Origin: Chrysomallon squamiferum
Lineage: Eukaryota; Animalia; Mollusca
Length of the DNA stretch: 64,000 nt
NCBI GenBank assembly: GCA_012295275.1
Contig: CM022671.1
Location: forward strand, 4,092,001 to 4,156,000
Direction: 5' to 3'
Positions 42,038-55,587 of the stretch are shown here, in pieces. The notes beneath the pieces are model-generated. The model worked only from the letters and a program-made list of their open reading frames with translations, did no database searches and was not told the origin of the DNA. The first letter of the stretch is position 1. Each line of letters starts with the position of its first letter. The position numbers were made by a program, and so were the translations under genes.

Positions 42038-45000
42038 ATGGGAGACAGTGCCTACTGTTCCAACTACGTACCAGCAGAGTACATTGATCCTTACGCCGAT
42101 GAAATGTATGAAGAACAGTCTTACGATGATGACAAGAATTACGAAAGATTAACCACAGATCAAGGGTATGATGGAAGGTTTGGTCAAGAATTTGATGATA
42201 GACCCAGAAGTTTGATCACTGATGGATTCCCCTTGGACAGACCTCCATATCACTACAGAGATGGTTTTGTAACTCCTCATTTCGGTTATCCACCAGAAGA
42301 TGACTATTCAAGAGAAAGAGACAAAATGAGAGACAGGTAAAAAGTTATTTTCTGTAAAAGCAGGTTTACCAATATAGAAATTACTGGGATTTAAACTCTT
42401 TCAGACACAATTCAACGGCACATTGTATTTTGTATGATTTTAAATTGTCAGTATGAACATACTGGTAAACATGAAAAAATGTAAATTGAATACTGTTATG
42501 TAAATCAAATGTTAGTAAAATAAATACTGATTGCCCTGTTATTTTGAGTTTTTAATTGTAATTTCTATAATTAAAATGATCATATTGTCATTTGGCCATT
42601 CTGTAAAAAAAAAAATTTTAAAAATGTATTCATATGTAAATACGAATTTATATTAATTTTTCATAATAATGTAATCAGCCAAATAAAAATTAAGTTTTGG
42701 TTCAATAACAGAAACCCTAGAGGACATGATGGACACAGAGACAGAAGACGAGACCGTGATAGAAGGCGTGACCGCGACAGGGATGGGGACAGGACAAGGT
42801 CACGAGACCGTGACCGGCCCAGAGACAGAGATCGATCTCGCGATACTCGTAGCAGGAGCCCAATGAAATCAGATGACTTGCGTGGATTTGAGGTAAACAG
42901 TTCTGTTACATATTTAAAAGATTGCACAATTTTTGTATTATTTCTTGGCAAGATTTGCAGTCATAAAATGTTAATGATACAAGATGTAATTTGTGCCATT
43001 TTTATACTGTTATCAGGGTAGTCATGTACACACTATTTTTCAACACTTACAAAAGTGATGTGTTGGCACCCACAGAAAATGACATAAAATTAACAAACTA
43101 ATTATACTGAAGTAATTAACTGTCTGGGCTATTTACACACCTCTGCAGGATAAATTTTATTCAGTCAAAAATATTTATGTTTTCAGGGTGGCCATATAAG
43201 TGATGGTGATAGGGAAGTTCGTGATGATCGTGGTGGAGAAAAGTGGGTGACGTTACAACCAACACAAACAGTGCTTTTGAGATTTCTACCTCCAACTGTT
43301 GATGAAAAAGATGTTTGTTGAAATTTTAGTTTTTAGTTCACCAGAAAATAATAAATAAATTGCTCAGTCATACTTTTATATTAAAAAAATATATATATTA
43401 TTTAAATTTTGTCGTTGCAGCTGAAAATATTCCATTAAGTTTCTGATTAATTACAGCTTAAGCACATATGAATTAGAAAAAATGTTTTTTAAAAATACTT
43501 GATGGAAGAAATATTGTTAGCATTAATAACAGTATGAGTAAAAAATGTTTCCTAATTGAAATCTTAAATTAACATGTTAATGATTGCGGAGGGTATAGTC
43601 CAAGCTGAATTTATACTGCTGCTTAATTTTGTTAAATGGATACTCTTTTTTTATATAATGTGTGTATAAGCTGAATTTTTAAAATTTGTTTGTTTTTACA
43701 GATTCGAGCACAGCTGATGATGTTTGGCGCGCCAGTCAAGGATGTTCGCTTAATGCGAAGAAGTTCAGGTGGGTTTTGTGAAGACAGCAGACTGTCTTAG
43801 ATAAAAAAGAAAGAAAAAAAAGAAATTATTATTTTTTTTTAAATGCTGTGGCTCACTGAAGGATCTTGAGGTGTACAGAAGAGAATAATGTGGTTTATTA
43901 ATGCTTAAATGTTGTTAAAATTACATAAAATCGTGCATTCTTTTCAGTCTGGTTATCTTTTCCTGTCCCTACCCTCTGTACCCCATTTTTCTCAGTGATC
44001 ACAAATCTATTTATAAAGTTTTTTTTTTTATTTTTTTTTTTTTTTTACCCTTCTAAACTTTGTCTCTTTAGATTTTACAAAATTATTAAGCGTTGACATT
44101 GAGATAACTCTGAAAATCATCATAACATTCGCCTACATACCTAACTTCCCCATCCCTCTGCTGACTTCAGCTGATCATTTCTGAACCTGTATGTTTGAAA
44201 ATGATCTCTTTTCAGTTACTTCTTGTTTAGATTTTTTTTTTTTTAAATCTTTAATTAATATACTCAAGTACCAGTTTAAGAATGCATTTCATTTAGTTAT
44301 AGCAAGTTTGTTACTGTTAATAATTGGTAATATTAACAAATATATATATATATATAAGTAACACAGGTAAGTTTTTATAATTAATTTTTGTAGCTGTTCA
44401 TTGTTAAGGTTAAACCTTGAGATTCTTTCAGTGAGAACCTATGGCACTCCGAACTGAAGCCACATTTCATTAAGGCAGCAGTATTTTTTTTTTATTAAGG
44501 TTTTTATTTTTATTTTTTTTTGATTTGGAATGTAAAAAAGTGTGGCTGATAATGAAATGCTTTGTTCTTTTCACTAATGTCGACCATTCTAAATATTGAA
44601 CAGGTGCATCCCGAGGGTTTGCTTTTGTGGAGTTTGAGAACATAGCCGACTCCCAGCGCTGGATGGACTTGAATCAGGTTAAACGTCACTGTAGAGTATT
44701 AATCACAGCGGTACTGTAATTAATCAATCCTGACAACATCCTAGTTGAGACTTGTTTTTATAAAAGAAAATAACATGTCGGTTTTTTCACTGGTGCTCTT
44801 GCTACAAGTTCCCACAGTGAGAAAACTGGCAGACGTTACTGTCCCAATGGTGTCATCATGAAAGAAAGACAATTTTCTAAGCATGACACTTTCTGTTCTT
44901 TTACAAGTCACTTGTGATGGGGTAGGAGCAATTGTATTATTATATGTTACATTTTTGTTATTTACTTAGAGAAGGGTGAAGCTTTAGTAAATGGGATGTA

Positions 45001-48000
45001 GCAATCAACATTGGTTTAGAGACAGTGGCCAGATTCTCTTACTGGTCAGTTTTGCAGGTTTATTGACCAGACTATATCTTGTCCCATCTTGTTACACAGA
45101 CAAAAGAGATCACTTTATCATGCATACATCACACTTAACCCCCCCAAAAAACGGTTATAGACAATAGGCCATTAACAAAAATAACAAATTTTTTGACATT
45201 ATTAAAAATGTAAATGTTGTTTTTCTTATGTGTTGGTTGGTTAAAATATTGCTAATTAAAAGTTTGATGATAAAGACAGATGGCTAATTAAATGAGGGTG
45301 TTTTAACAGTGGTGACAGTACACAAGTAATTATTGGTAGGGTACATTTTGGCTAAATAAGTTGGGTTGTCACAGTTCGGTTAATTTGTTTTGGGGGATGT
45401 CACAAAATTATTAATTTAGTTGGGGATGTAACAAGTTACTTAAGTATCGGGTGTGGCAGTTAGAGTAATTAAAAAAGTATAGATATTATGTTAAGATGTA
45501 AGAATATGGCCAAGTTGACTAGTTTTGATATCTAAGACAGTGAATACTGTCTTGCATGCTTTTATCAGTTGTAATGGTACAATAGTCAGTGATGATGATT
45601 TTTAAATAATTTTCATATTTAACCTACATAGAATAAGAAAAGCATTCACAAAAATCTATAAAATGTACACAGTACTTTGTCTTGTAAAAACCCAAACAAA
45701 AAATAATTTGTTGTCTTCTGAAAAAGGTTGATGCATCAAAATTGTGATGCTATAACTTTTTTTGAGACATGAATATATTTTCAAAAAAAATTCCGTGATC
45801 TGGACAGCATTAGCGAAATTTCAAAAACTGTATGAAAGCAAATTTGTGTGTATGTGTGTGTACATGAGTGTGCCTTATTCTCCAAATTAGCAGCGATTTT
45901 TTATTTTTTTATAATTTTTTTTTAAATGTTATGAGACACAATTTAAATGTTTTATGTTTTGGGCACTGCAGTCGTGCAGTTGGCAATCACAAAACAAGGG
46001 ACAGCCTCTGGCTTACTAAGGTTTTTGTCTTGGTTTTACTGTGATTCTAATGTACTGAATTTATTTTTAACAGGGACGGTTGAGTATAATGGACCATCAC
46101 AATATCACGATGCATTACAGCACGCCGCGCACTGGTCACGAGAAGATGCAGCAGAAGAGTGACTGGTCATGTAGCAAGGTGAATGTTATTTATTTTTTTG
46201 TTTTTTTAATTCTTTTTATATTCATCCTCTGAGTTGTCACATAAACCTTCTCCATTGAATAACTGATTACAATACAATGCTGACTTGAACCAGACTCTTG
46301 TCATTTTATGCAGTTACGAGATTTTGATTAGTAATAACTTGCCTGACTACTACAAAATCTTGAATTTTTTTTTAACCTAATGCTAAAGGTGATTTTGAAG
46401 AACTTTTTGGTGAATATCAGTATTTAACATGTTTCTTTCTAAGTTCACAGGTGTCAGTCATTATATACTGCATGTAGTTCATGCATGAATTCAGATTTCC
46501 CAAATTTTTAGTAATGTGAAAAAAATCATTTTAATATTTTATGTTTTATCTATAATAAAGGTTTTCAGTTATTTTCTACTTTTCCCAATGCATTTTCAGT
46601 TACAAAACTTCATTAATTTTAGGATTTAACTTTATTCAAAATCTGTTTTTGGAATCTGATGTTCTTAATAAACATTCTGTTTCAGTGTGGGGTTCATAAC
46701 TTCAAAAGAAGAGATTATTGCTTCAAATGTAATACCTCAAGAGAAGGTACACTGACATTTCACGTTTAATTTGTAAATAACTAGATATTGTGATAGCATA
46801 AAATTAAAATCCATGAAAAGAAATGAGTGATTCTTTTTCATATAAAAAAAAATATATAGTAAAAAAAATGTATATCCACTTTTCTCACTTGAAACTCCTT
46901 GACAGACAAATCATAATATTTCTTTTCATCATTTTAAAAAAAAAAAATTTAATTCTTTGGCAGTTTTTAGTGGAACATTTATTGGTCATTTCAGAATCTG
47001 AAAAGAATAGAAGTGAAGAAGGATATGACCAAGTTGGAACAAACCCATGTAATAGTAAGTATTGAACATAAATAACACTTGGGAATATCACCATTTTTAA
47101 AATATCCCATCATTTACCAAAATACTAATGTAAAAACAGTATTGATATCTGCAAAAAATGTAATTCCAGAAAAAATGTTGATCAGGCTAACATAGTGTTA
47201 TGTAAGTACAGCAAACACAAAGGTTATTAATCAGAGTATAATAGCTATATTGATAAAAAAGCATATAAAGATTGTTAGAATAATATGTACAATTTAACAG
47301 AAGCGACCTCTTATTTTATAATTATTTTTCTAAGTCTGGATTAAATTGTGATTTTTTTGTTCCATAGCTCTTCTGTTCCGTGGATTGGATGCTTTGACCA
47401 CTGAGGAGTCCATTCTTCAGGGTCTGTGTGCTATTTCTACATTAAATCCTAAAAATGTTCATGTCATTCGGGATCCAACAACCAGTGTGTCGAGAGGATT
47501 TGCCTTTGTTGAAATGCTGTCAGTGGCTGATTCCAAAGTTGTTCTTGACTTGTGTACAAATCCTGAGTCTCCTTTAGAACTGGATGGAAAACAGATCATT
47601 GTTTCATACGCCAAAAACACTTTCAATACTGTGTAAGAACTTTCTAAAATCTCGTTTTATTGTTTAATATTATAATACATTACAGGAATTCATCTGTCAG
47701 TTAAAAAATATTCATGTTGTGTTTGATGGGTTCTGATATTGGGTCCCTTTTCTAGATGTTCTAGAAAATAAAAAGTTTATTCATTTCAAATACCTATCCT
47801 TACATGCAATAAATTAACTTCTAACAGTACAGTAAACACCAAAAAGAACTTAATGGGTTTATATTGCTGTTTGTGGAAAAATCAAATTTGCCACTGATAC
47901 TGATAGTGTAGTTTGGTATAATATTTTTGTTTCTTTAAGTTATCTTCTTAAATTTTTGTTTACAAGATAGAGAAAATTGTAGACACTGTTATACGGGTTA

Positions 48001-50702
48001 TTTAATTTTGTTGTTGATGTGAAACATGAAATAGATGCATGATTATATTTCATATTTCCAGCATGGCCTCAATTGCTGCAGCAAGTAGTGGAGGTGCACA
48101 GGTTTGTAAATACATTACTGTTACCAGCTGTGCAATATTTAGTTCATTACTTATTACTGTTACATGTACCATGATTTTTTTATATATATATTTTTTTTTT
48201 TCCAAATAAAATTTGTCATCTTATTAAGTTGGTCTGAGTGACGTATATAAACTAAATTCATTTTGTTTCATTTTATCATTTTAGTGACGACATTAAAATT
48301 CTTGTTCATCAGTAATGACTAACCATATTATTGGAATTTATATTTTAAACAAAAAAAAAAAAAAAAAAAAAAAAAAATTGTTTTTCTAAACATACTGAAA
48401 ATGTCATTTAATAAGGTGACAAGGTACAGAATACTGCAATGAATTTACTTGAATGTTCAAACTTGTGTATAGTTTGTGTTAGAAGGTTCAGTTTTGACCA
48501 AATATTAAGCAGTATAAAGAATGATTAATTAAATGTTACTTTATTTACAGAGTGAGTACTATCAGTCATTTTTTCCTGGCACTGAATATCCGGCCAGTTA
48601 CGAACATGGAGGATATATTGATGGTAGTGGTCAGTATTACGAGGGTCACTCATATGAATACTCTCAGTACTATGGGTCTACATTTGGTCAGCCTTCCATT
48701 GCTGGAACCAACTCAACACAGACACAGAGTAAATATTTTTAGATTGTTTTATATTTGTTTTATACAAATTGATGGTCCTCTGGTATTTGTTTTAGGTGTT
48801 AGTTTAAAAATAAATAAATCGATTTTAACGAAAACTTGGGCATGGTAAAACTTCAGAAATGATTGTCAAGTATTGAATAGATTTTTATAATTAACAATTT
48901 AGGTGTTGATAAAGTATTATTTCATCAACAGAGATAATTCAATACAAATTTTATGATTTGTATTTTTAATTCAGAAATTATTTTCAAAATTTATGCTTCA
49001 ATCAAACGTGTGGATTTTTAAAATTTCTGTGTATCTTTCAGCAGTCCATTATTTCTTAGAATCAGATTTTAAAGTATTACTGAATTTACAAACATTTCAT
49101 CTGATGCTAGTTTTCACAATGTCAAAAAAAAAAGTAGAAGTCAAAACTCCCCCTCTATATTAAAATGTTCAATCCCAAACTCTGAAGAGTAATAAAATAT
49201 CTACAATGTTTTCATTTTACAGTTGATTCTACAAATGCTGCAGCTGCAGTTGCCCAAGCAGCCATAGCTCAGGCCAATGCTGCCAAACAATACCAGAAAC
49301 AGGTTAGAGATTTACACATTATTTTCAAATAGAAAACAGATTTCAGTTATAATTTTTATAGGTTATGTTATCGGAGTTTAAAAAAAAAAATTGTAGATCT
49401 GCTCAGCAACAAGTTTTGAAAAGGTGATATTTGGGGGGGGTTATGATATGTAATTACAGTTTTGAATTATATTTAAAGAAAAAATTTAAGTTATTTAAAT
49501 GATTGACAGCAAAGGCAAAAATGTAATTCTGCTGAATGTTTTAAAAGTGTTTAAATATATTCCAGTATAGATAAGAGATTTCTTTAAAATGTGTTAACCA
49601 GTTTAATTTTGTCTCAGTTAACAGAACCAGTCATCCAAGCACCACCCGTGAGCACCACAGTGACAACTGTATCCCCAACCCCAGTAACAAACACCTCCCA
49701 GGACTACACAAAATATCGTGAGTACAGCAAATAGGTTTTATAACTGTGTAATCCTAGTTATTTGTCACTAATGCTGAATATTGTTATTTTTTTTTTTTTT
49801 TGTTAAAATAATGCACAAGTTGTAAAATTCATGTAGAGGTGTTTCTTTTCCATTTCTTAATTTTTAACACCATAAATTCTTTTTGTTTGATCTTTTTTTA
49901 CCTTTCAGTTTTAATATTTAAGTTTTAGTTTTTTAAAGATAATTCAGTTAGTTCTTATATCATATACTATTTACTACATATGTATGAGATGAAGGTTTAA
50001 CAAATTACATCTCTTGATTCAGCTCCCCCTGATGTGTCGACATACCAATATGACGAGTCATCTGGATATTACTTTGATCCAACTACTGGCTTGTACTATG
50101 ATGCCAATTCACAGGTAATAACTTAATTAATTTTTTTATGTTTTGATTATTCCACTGTGATATTCAGTTGTGCCCATCAACATACAGAATAACCTTTTTC
50201 TAACAAGTCATCTTTAATATATTTTTTCTAAATGCCAGACCTTATTTTGAGGAAGTTACACAGTAGAGAGATCATTGATTATAACAACTGTTTTATTTTC
50301 AGTACTACTACAATGCCCAGACTTGCCAGTTTATGTACTGGGATGCTGAAAAAAGCACATACCTGCCTGCACCCTCAGACTCGCAGACAGAAGAAACCAC
50401 GGAAACCTCTAATGTTGACAAGTCTAAGAAAGATAAGGATAAGAAAGAAAAAGTGAAAATAGCCAAGAAGATAGCAAAGGTTGGTTTTAACTCACGACTG
50501 AAGTAACTTGAACTTTGGTCAGACTTCACTATATTGGTTTGAACTGATCACATTAAACTGTGTTTATTTACAATCACCAAACACACATTGTTGCATTATT
50601 CATAGGGTCATATTTCACATTTTGTAAATATTGTGAAATAAAGGTAATTCTTTTTAAGACATCTATTTTTTAAAATGGTTTCACCTATCTTTGGTGGGGT
50701 GG

Positions 50703-50740
<38 letters not shown>

Positions 50741-51187
50741 TTTTCAAATTTTGGGGTTTTAAGAATTTTTTTTTGGTGTAGTATTATTATTATTATTTTT
50801 TTTTTTAAATTGCTAATATTATAGTCAGTAATCTTTAATGTGTCTCTTTTCATTTTGCTACAGGATATGGAAAAATGGGCCAAGTCCATGAATGCACAAA
50901 AAGAAATGAAAACAAAAATTAATCTACCTTCATTTGGTAAAAAGGAAGAAAAAGAATCTGCCTCTGCAGATGCTGGCTTCAACATTCTGGCAATGGCAGT
51001 AAGTTTTAAATCCTTTATTTTCTTATTTCAGTAAATATTTTTCCTGTAAGTTCACTATAAACAGATGGTAGATAACCAAATTTTGGTATTTGGATACATG
51101 TTTAAGCTAATCACTAATAATTAAGCTCATAAAAAGTTGATAATTTGGCATCTCTCAAATCCCACTTATATAAGATTAATTCAGTAC

Positions 51188-51218
<31 letters not shown>

Positions 51219-53640
51219 TGTAAACTTGCTATAAACACTTTTTTTTTTCTTCAGAAACCTGGTGGTCCAGAAGATAAAAAATTGATGCCTCCACCTCCAA
51301 CTGTAAGTAAAAAATAATTTTTATTTAAAAACAAATTACTAAGAAAATGTTCACACAGGATGAATGCTTTTCCCACCACCCAATCAAAAACCCAACAAAT
51401 CTGTTCAATTTTGGTATTTGTTTGTTTTGTGTTGTGTGCCTTCCTTTTGTGAGGATGTATATGTAAAAGATTTCTTGTTGGCAGGGCATCAGCAAATTAT
51501 ATTACTGATTCTGTTAATATAGGTAAATGATAAATTTGTTCCATCAGATGTCTAAAGTATTTGCATGAAAAACTTGACATTTTAGAGTTAAAAAGGCTGA
51601 AAATTTTATTGTAGAAAGCTACAGACAGATTTAATTCTAATTAACTACTTAGTTTTATCTGCCAATAAGTGTTTTAACTCTAAAAATGTAAGAATATATA
51701 AATACTAAATAGATAATTTTGTTCATTTCACAGCCTGGTGGAAAAGGTTCTCAGTCATCAGTGCCTGGTCTGGTTGCATCATATGGTGGTGACAGTGATG
51801 ATGAGGAAGATGATGATGCATCAGGTTCAGGATCCAATAAACTGGATGAGAGCAAACTTGTAGACTGGAACAAACTAGCCTGTCTGTTATGCAAACGTCA
51901 ATTCCAGTCAAAAGAAATACTTTCCAAACACACTCAGTTTTCTGAGCTACATAAGGTATGATACATCTTAAATTTGTGTCCATCAGTCATAAGTATTTGT
52001 TGTCCACACAATAAATAAACAGCATTACTTATTAATAAAAATACACAGCCATATATTCTAGTATATTCTAGTACCATGAAAACTTAAAAGTTGACATTAA
52101 AATGACACTAAAATTTATATTTATATTTAATTTTTAGAAGTTTTGTGCATGTGTTATTTTTAAGATACTTTATCACCATATATACTTGGGTTTTATTTTT
52201 GCAGCAAAATATGGAGGCAATACATAGTTCAAAACATAGTTCAACAGATAAAATTGAGGTGAGATTTGTATTTCTTGTGATATTTTGTTAGAACATTTAT
52301 TACTTCTGTCAGTCCATCATGTTTTTCACTACTAATATAACTTTAGAGCTTCTTTGTAATTCTCTTGGATTTGAAAAACTTACAGCCCATATATACCTTA
52401 CCCATTGTATTTATAAGATTTGTTCAGGATTTTTGTTATAATTTATTGTATTTAAAAATAATAATAATACTAATAAAAATAAAGGAAAATTGTTTTGTTA
52501 ATGTTACCATAATTACTTGGAAATGGTTAATATTAAATTGGGATTAACTAATTTTAAAAAATAATTTACTTGGCTTGATAAAACTTTATTGATGGGAGAT
52601 AACTAGATGTGAATAACTTCCTATTTTAACTGTAGATTTTTCATAATTTTCAGTATCGTGATCGTGCAAAAGAAAGAAGACAAAAATATGGAGCAGCCTC
52701 TCCTCCTGAACCAAAAAAACGCTACCATCCTCCTGTCGAAGAGTTGTAAGATATTTATTTGTATAGTTGGCAATAGTGATATGTATTTCTTATAACAAAA
52801 TGTATCTTTTATCATCAACCATTTGAAGGATTTTAATTTAATTATTACCTTTTTTTCTGTACATTTTTTAATCATAAAATAATGTGAATTTGTATTTCAC
52901 GTTTAACGTGATTTTAAAAAAACCAAGATGAAAACAGGTGCAGTGAATATCCTTCCAAACTCTTTCATTTGTTAGATGTCACCTGCTATTTTTTATTTGC
53001 ATTTTTAATTTTGAATTTAAAATTTGTAATTTCACAGATACGAAGAACCAACGAAAGCAGGTATTGGAGGTGACAATATTGGAAGCAAACTTTTACAAAA
53101 GATGGGATGGGCTCCTGGTGCTGGATTGGGAAAAGGCAAACAAGGAATCACTGTGCCAATTGAGGTAAGCTTTATTTTTATTTTTAGAACTCACAACTTG
53201 CAACATTTATATGTCTGGTGCCTCAAAGGGTTTTATATACTGAAGATAGTAATGAATTTTTAGCATGTTAAAATCACAGCATAGTCCTCTTGATTTAGTC
53301 ATGATAATTTTCACTATTTATTATTTCTTGTAAAATTCCCTTAAAATAGACGGTATGTTAACAGATGTTTGTGAGTTAATTTAGTTGCATATTCATTTTT
53401 GTTTTCCAGTAATATGTGTGCTTGGCTTGAATAAGACAAGAATATATGCTGTAGTTTTATAATAAAGTTACTTAATAACTAAATTACTTTACCATTTTAT
53501 TTTTAATTTTGCAGGCCAAACGTCGAGTACAGACGGCAGGATTAGGAGCAAAAGGAGCTAATATCATTCCTGACGCTGGTGATACATACAAAGAAAGTGT
53601 GAAGAAAACCATGTATGCTCGATACCAGGAAATGGATTGA
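42038..53640 (+). CDS. RBM5: RNA-binding protein 5/10 orthologue (RD/RS-rich region, RRM1, RanBP2 zinc finger, RRM2, OCRE, C2H2 finger, G-patch), 902 aa
   Basis: 22 GT-AG exons: 42038-42336, 42712-42892, 43187-43312, 43702-43768, 44604-44677, 46074-46178, 46686-46746, 46995-47054, 47368-47632, 48062-48101, 48551-48728, 49223-49302, 49618-49717, 50023-50114, 50303-50479, 50864-50998, 51255-51302, 51734-51955, 52205-52258, 52654-52745, 53038-53164, 53515-53640 (2709 nt). Motifs: SRGFAFVE twice, [92 protein letters not shown]5 versus RBM10 cannot be separated; probably a co-orthologue of both. Confidence 0.93.
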
Positions 53641-54705
53641 AACATCACAGTATGGACATTAAACAAACATTAATTGATTAAAAAGGATGGAAAACAAAAT
53701 AAACCTGCCGTGTTCAGATACAGTGCCAATGAAAAAAGCATCAGCTCTTGTTTTTATGTGTATCAGCCCGATAAAGAATAATCATAAAATAGTAATGATA
53801 CCAGATGGTGTTGATTGCATGCATGTACAATTTAATGATGTATCTATCAGTGGTGCCCAGAAACATCCTTGTTGGGTGACCCTTAAACAAATCTAGTGGG
53901 AAAAGGTGACAAAAGAAACAAGTAAAATTGTTACTTACACTAACATACATGAACCTATTGTGCATATCATTCAACACTGAAGAGAGGGTGCTGTGAATAA
54001 AAGAGAAGAAAAAAATATTTATATTTAGTGAGATGGAAGTTTGGTGTCAAGATGATGAGAAACACATTTAAAAACTTCAAAAGAATACTTCCAAGGACTA
54101 ACCAACTCTGTGAATATTAATAACATACAGTCAAAGTTTAACTGTCAATTCATGATTTTGATTCTTGGGACAAAAAAGAAAGTTACTTAATACTCACATC
54201 CAGGGTCGTTAACCAAAATACCTTTCCACGTTTTTTTTTGAGGATTGGCTTTCTTTATTTATATTCAAATGATAATGACCTTTTCTAACTTCGGGATTGG
54301 AGTATGGTGTAGGTGTGTATGTAAAACAAAATAACTATTGCAGTAGAAATAAAAAAGCCAGTTAATACATACAAGCTGTATTGGCTATACAGACAAAAAA
54401 CTGTAAATTTCCAGTTTTCTTGTCAGCAGATAATGTAAAAATGTAAAGATTAGTTAGCAAATTAAAATCTGGAGAATAAATTAAAACTAAATAGTTATTT
54501 TAATTTTTCATTAATGTTAAGTGATCCATGTTGTGTTGTTTGATTTTTTTTGAACTTCTTACAGTTAATGGTATTTTGTATATTTTTGATCATTTCATTG
54601 CAAAATTTATTGTTTAAAAATAATTTAGAAAATTATTAAATTTATTTAATTAACCTGTTCTGAAGTTTAGAGAAAATGACTGAAAGCATTATCAACACAC
54701 TAAGA

Positions 54706-54745
54706 AATAAACCATTGTACAAACTAGTGTTTTTGTTTTTATTTA
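54706..54745 (+). terminator. Candidate polyadenylation signal of RBM5/10
   Basis: AATAAA at 54706-54711 followed by a GT/T-rich tract (gtgtttttgttttt); CpG depletion ends just downstream. Confidence 0.45.
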
Positions 54746-55519
54746 CTTAAAAGTCGATCTGAAATGGGTATCAAATCTTGGTTGGGTGAGTATTTATTAA
54801 ATATATTCCATACTTCTTTGAATAGTTGTCCAATAAATAAAATTAATATTATAAATTATAATTTGGTTTTTGTTGTTTTGTTTGTTACTGTTTTTTTCAG
54901 TTCATTCATTTCGAAACTCAAAGGTTTCAGTAGATTTGGCTATTTAATTTTGAAACTGATATTAATTTCTATTACTAAATTAAATGGTGATAAGGCATGA
55001 AACTATCAGTTTGTAGTGTGCCTTTTCGATAAGTTTCCGTACTAGCCTACTGCAGTGTTTAAAATACGACACTTTACTTGTACCAGTATAAGCCTAGGTC
55101 GATTGATAAGTACAAACGGTAATAATAAAAATTAGTTGCTAAATAAATATTCGTTCACTCCGTTAGAAAGGAAAACATGACAAACGCCACTACGAAAACG
55201 TCATGTGAACGTTTGTTTCACTAGACCAAACCTTGAAATAGCATGCACGCGTATAACTGCGGCAGTTCGTTTTCTATCGTATCGTGAAATAAATAAATAA
55301 TAATTTGTTTGATATTTCATAACAGATGATATGTTTTTATCTTGAAATGTCGTTAAACAAACGCTTATTTTTAATGACAATTTTTTTAAAGTTTTCTTAC
55401 GTAAATTTCACCCAACAAAACATTTATAGGGGAGATAAGCATGGTGGCTTTCCTTTTCAGTATTCGCAATCGTTTTACTATTAATTTTCTTTTGCTTCGT
55501 ATTATTTAAAAAAATATTA

Positions 55520-55522
<3 letters not shown>

Positions 55523-55585
<63 letters not shown>
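55523..55585. repeat. (CT)n microsatellite
   Basis: Direct inspection. Confidence 0.95.

Positions 55586-55587
<2 letters not shown>

Noticed and set aside
45588-45722. Possible intronic C/D box snoRNA (RTGATGA ... CTGA) in RBM5/10 intron 5
   Set aside because: No terminal stem or recognisable rRNA guide; both boxes are expected by chance in AT-rich DNA.
45947-46162. 71-aa ORF overlapping RBM5/10 exon 6
   Set aside because: Not an independent gene; it is the alternative frame reached only if the 74-nt exon is skipped.
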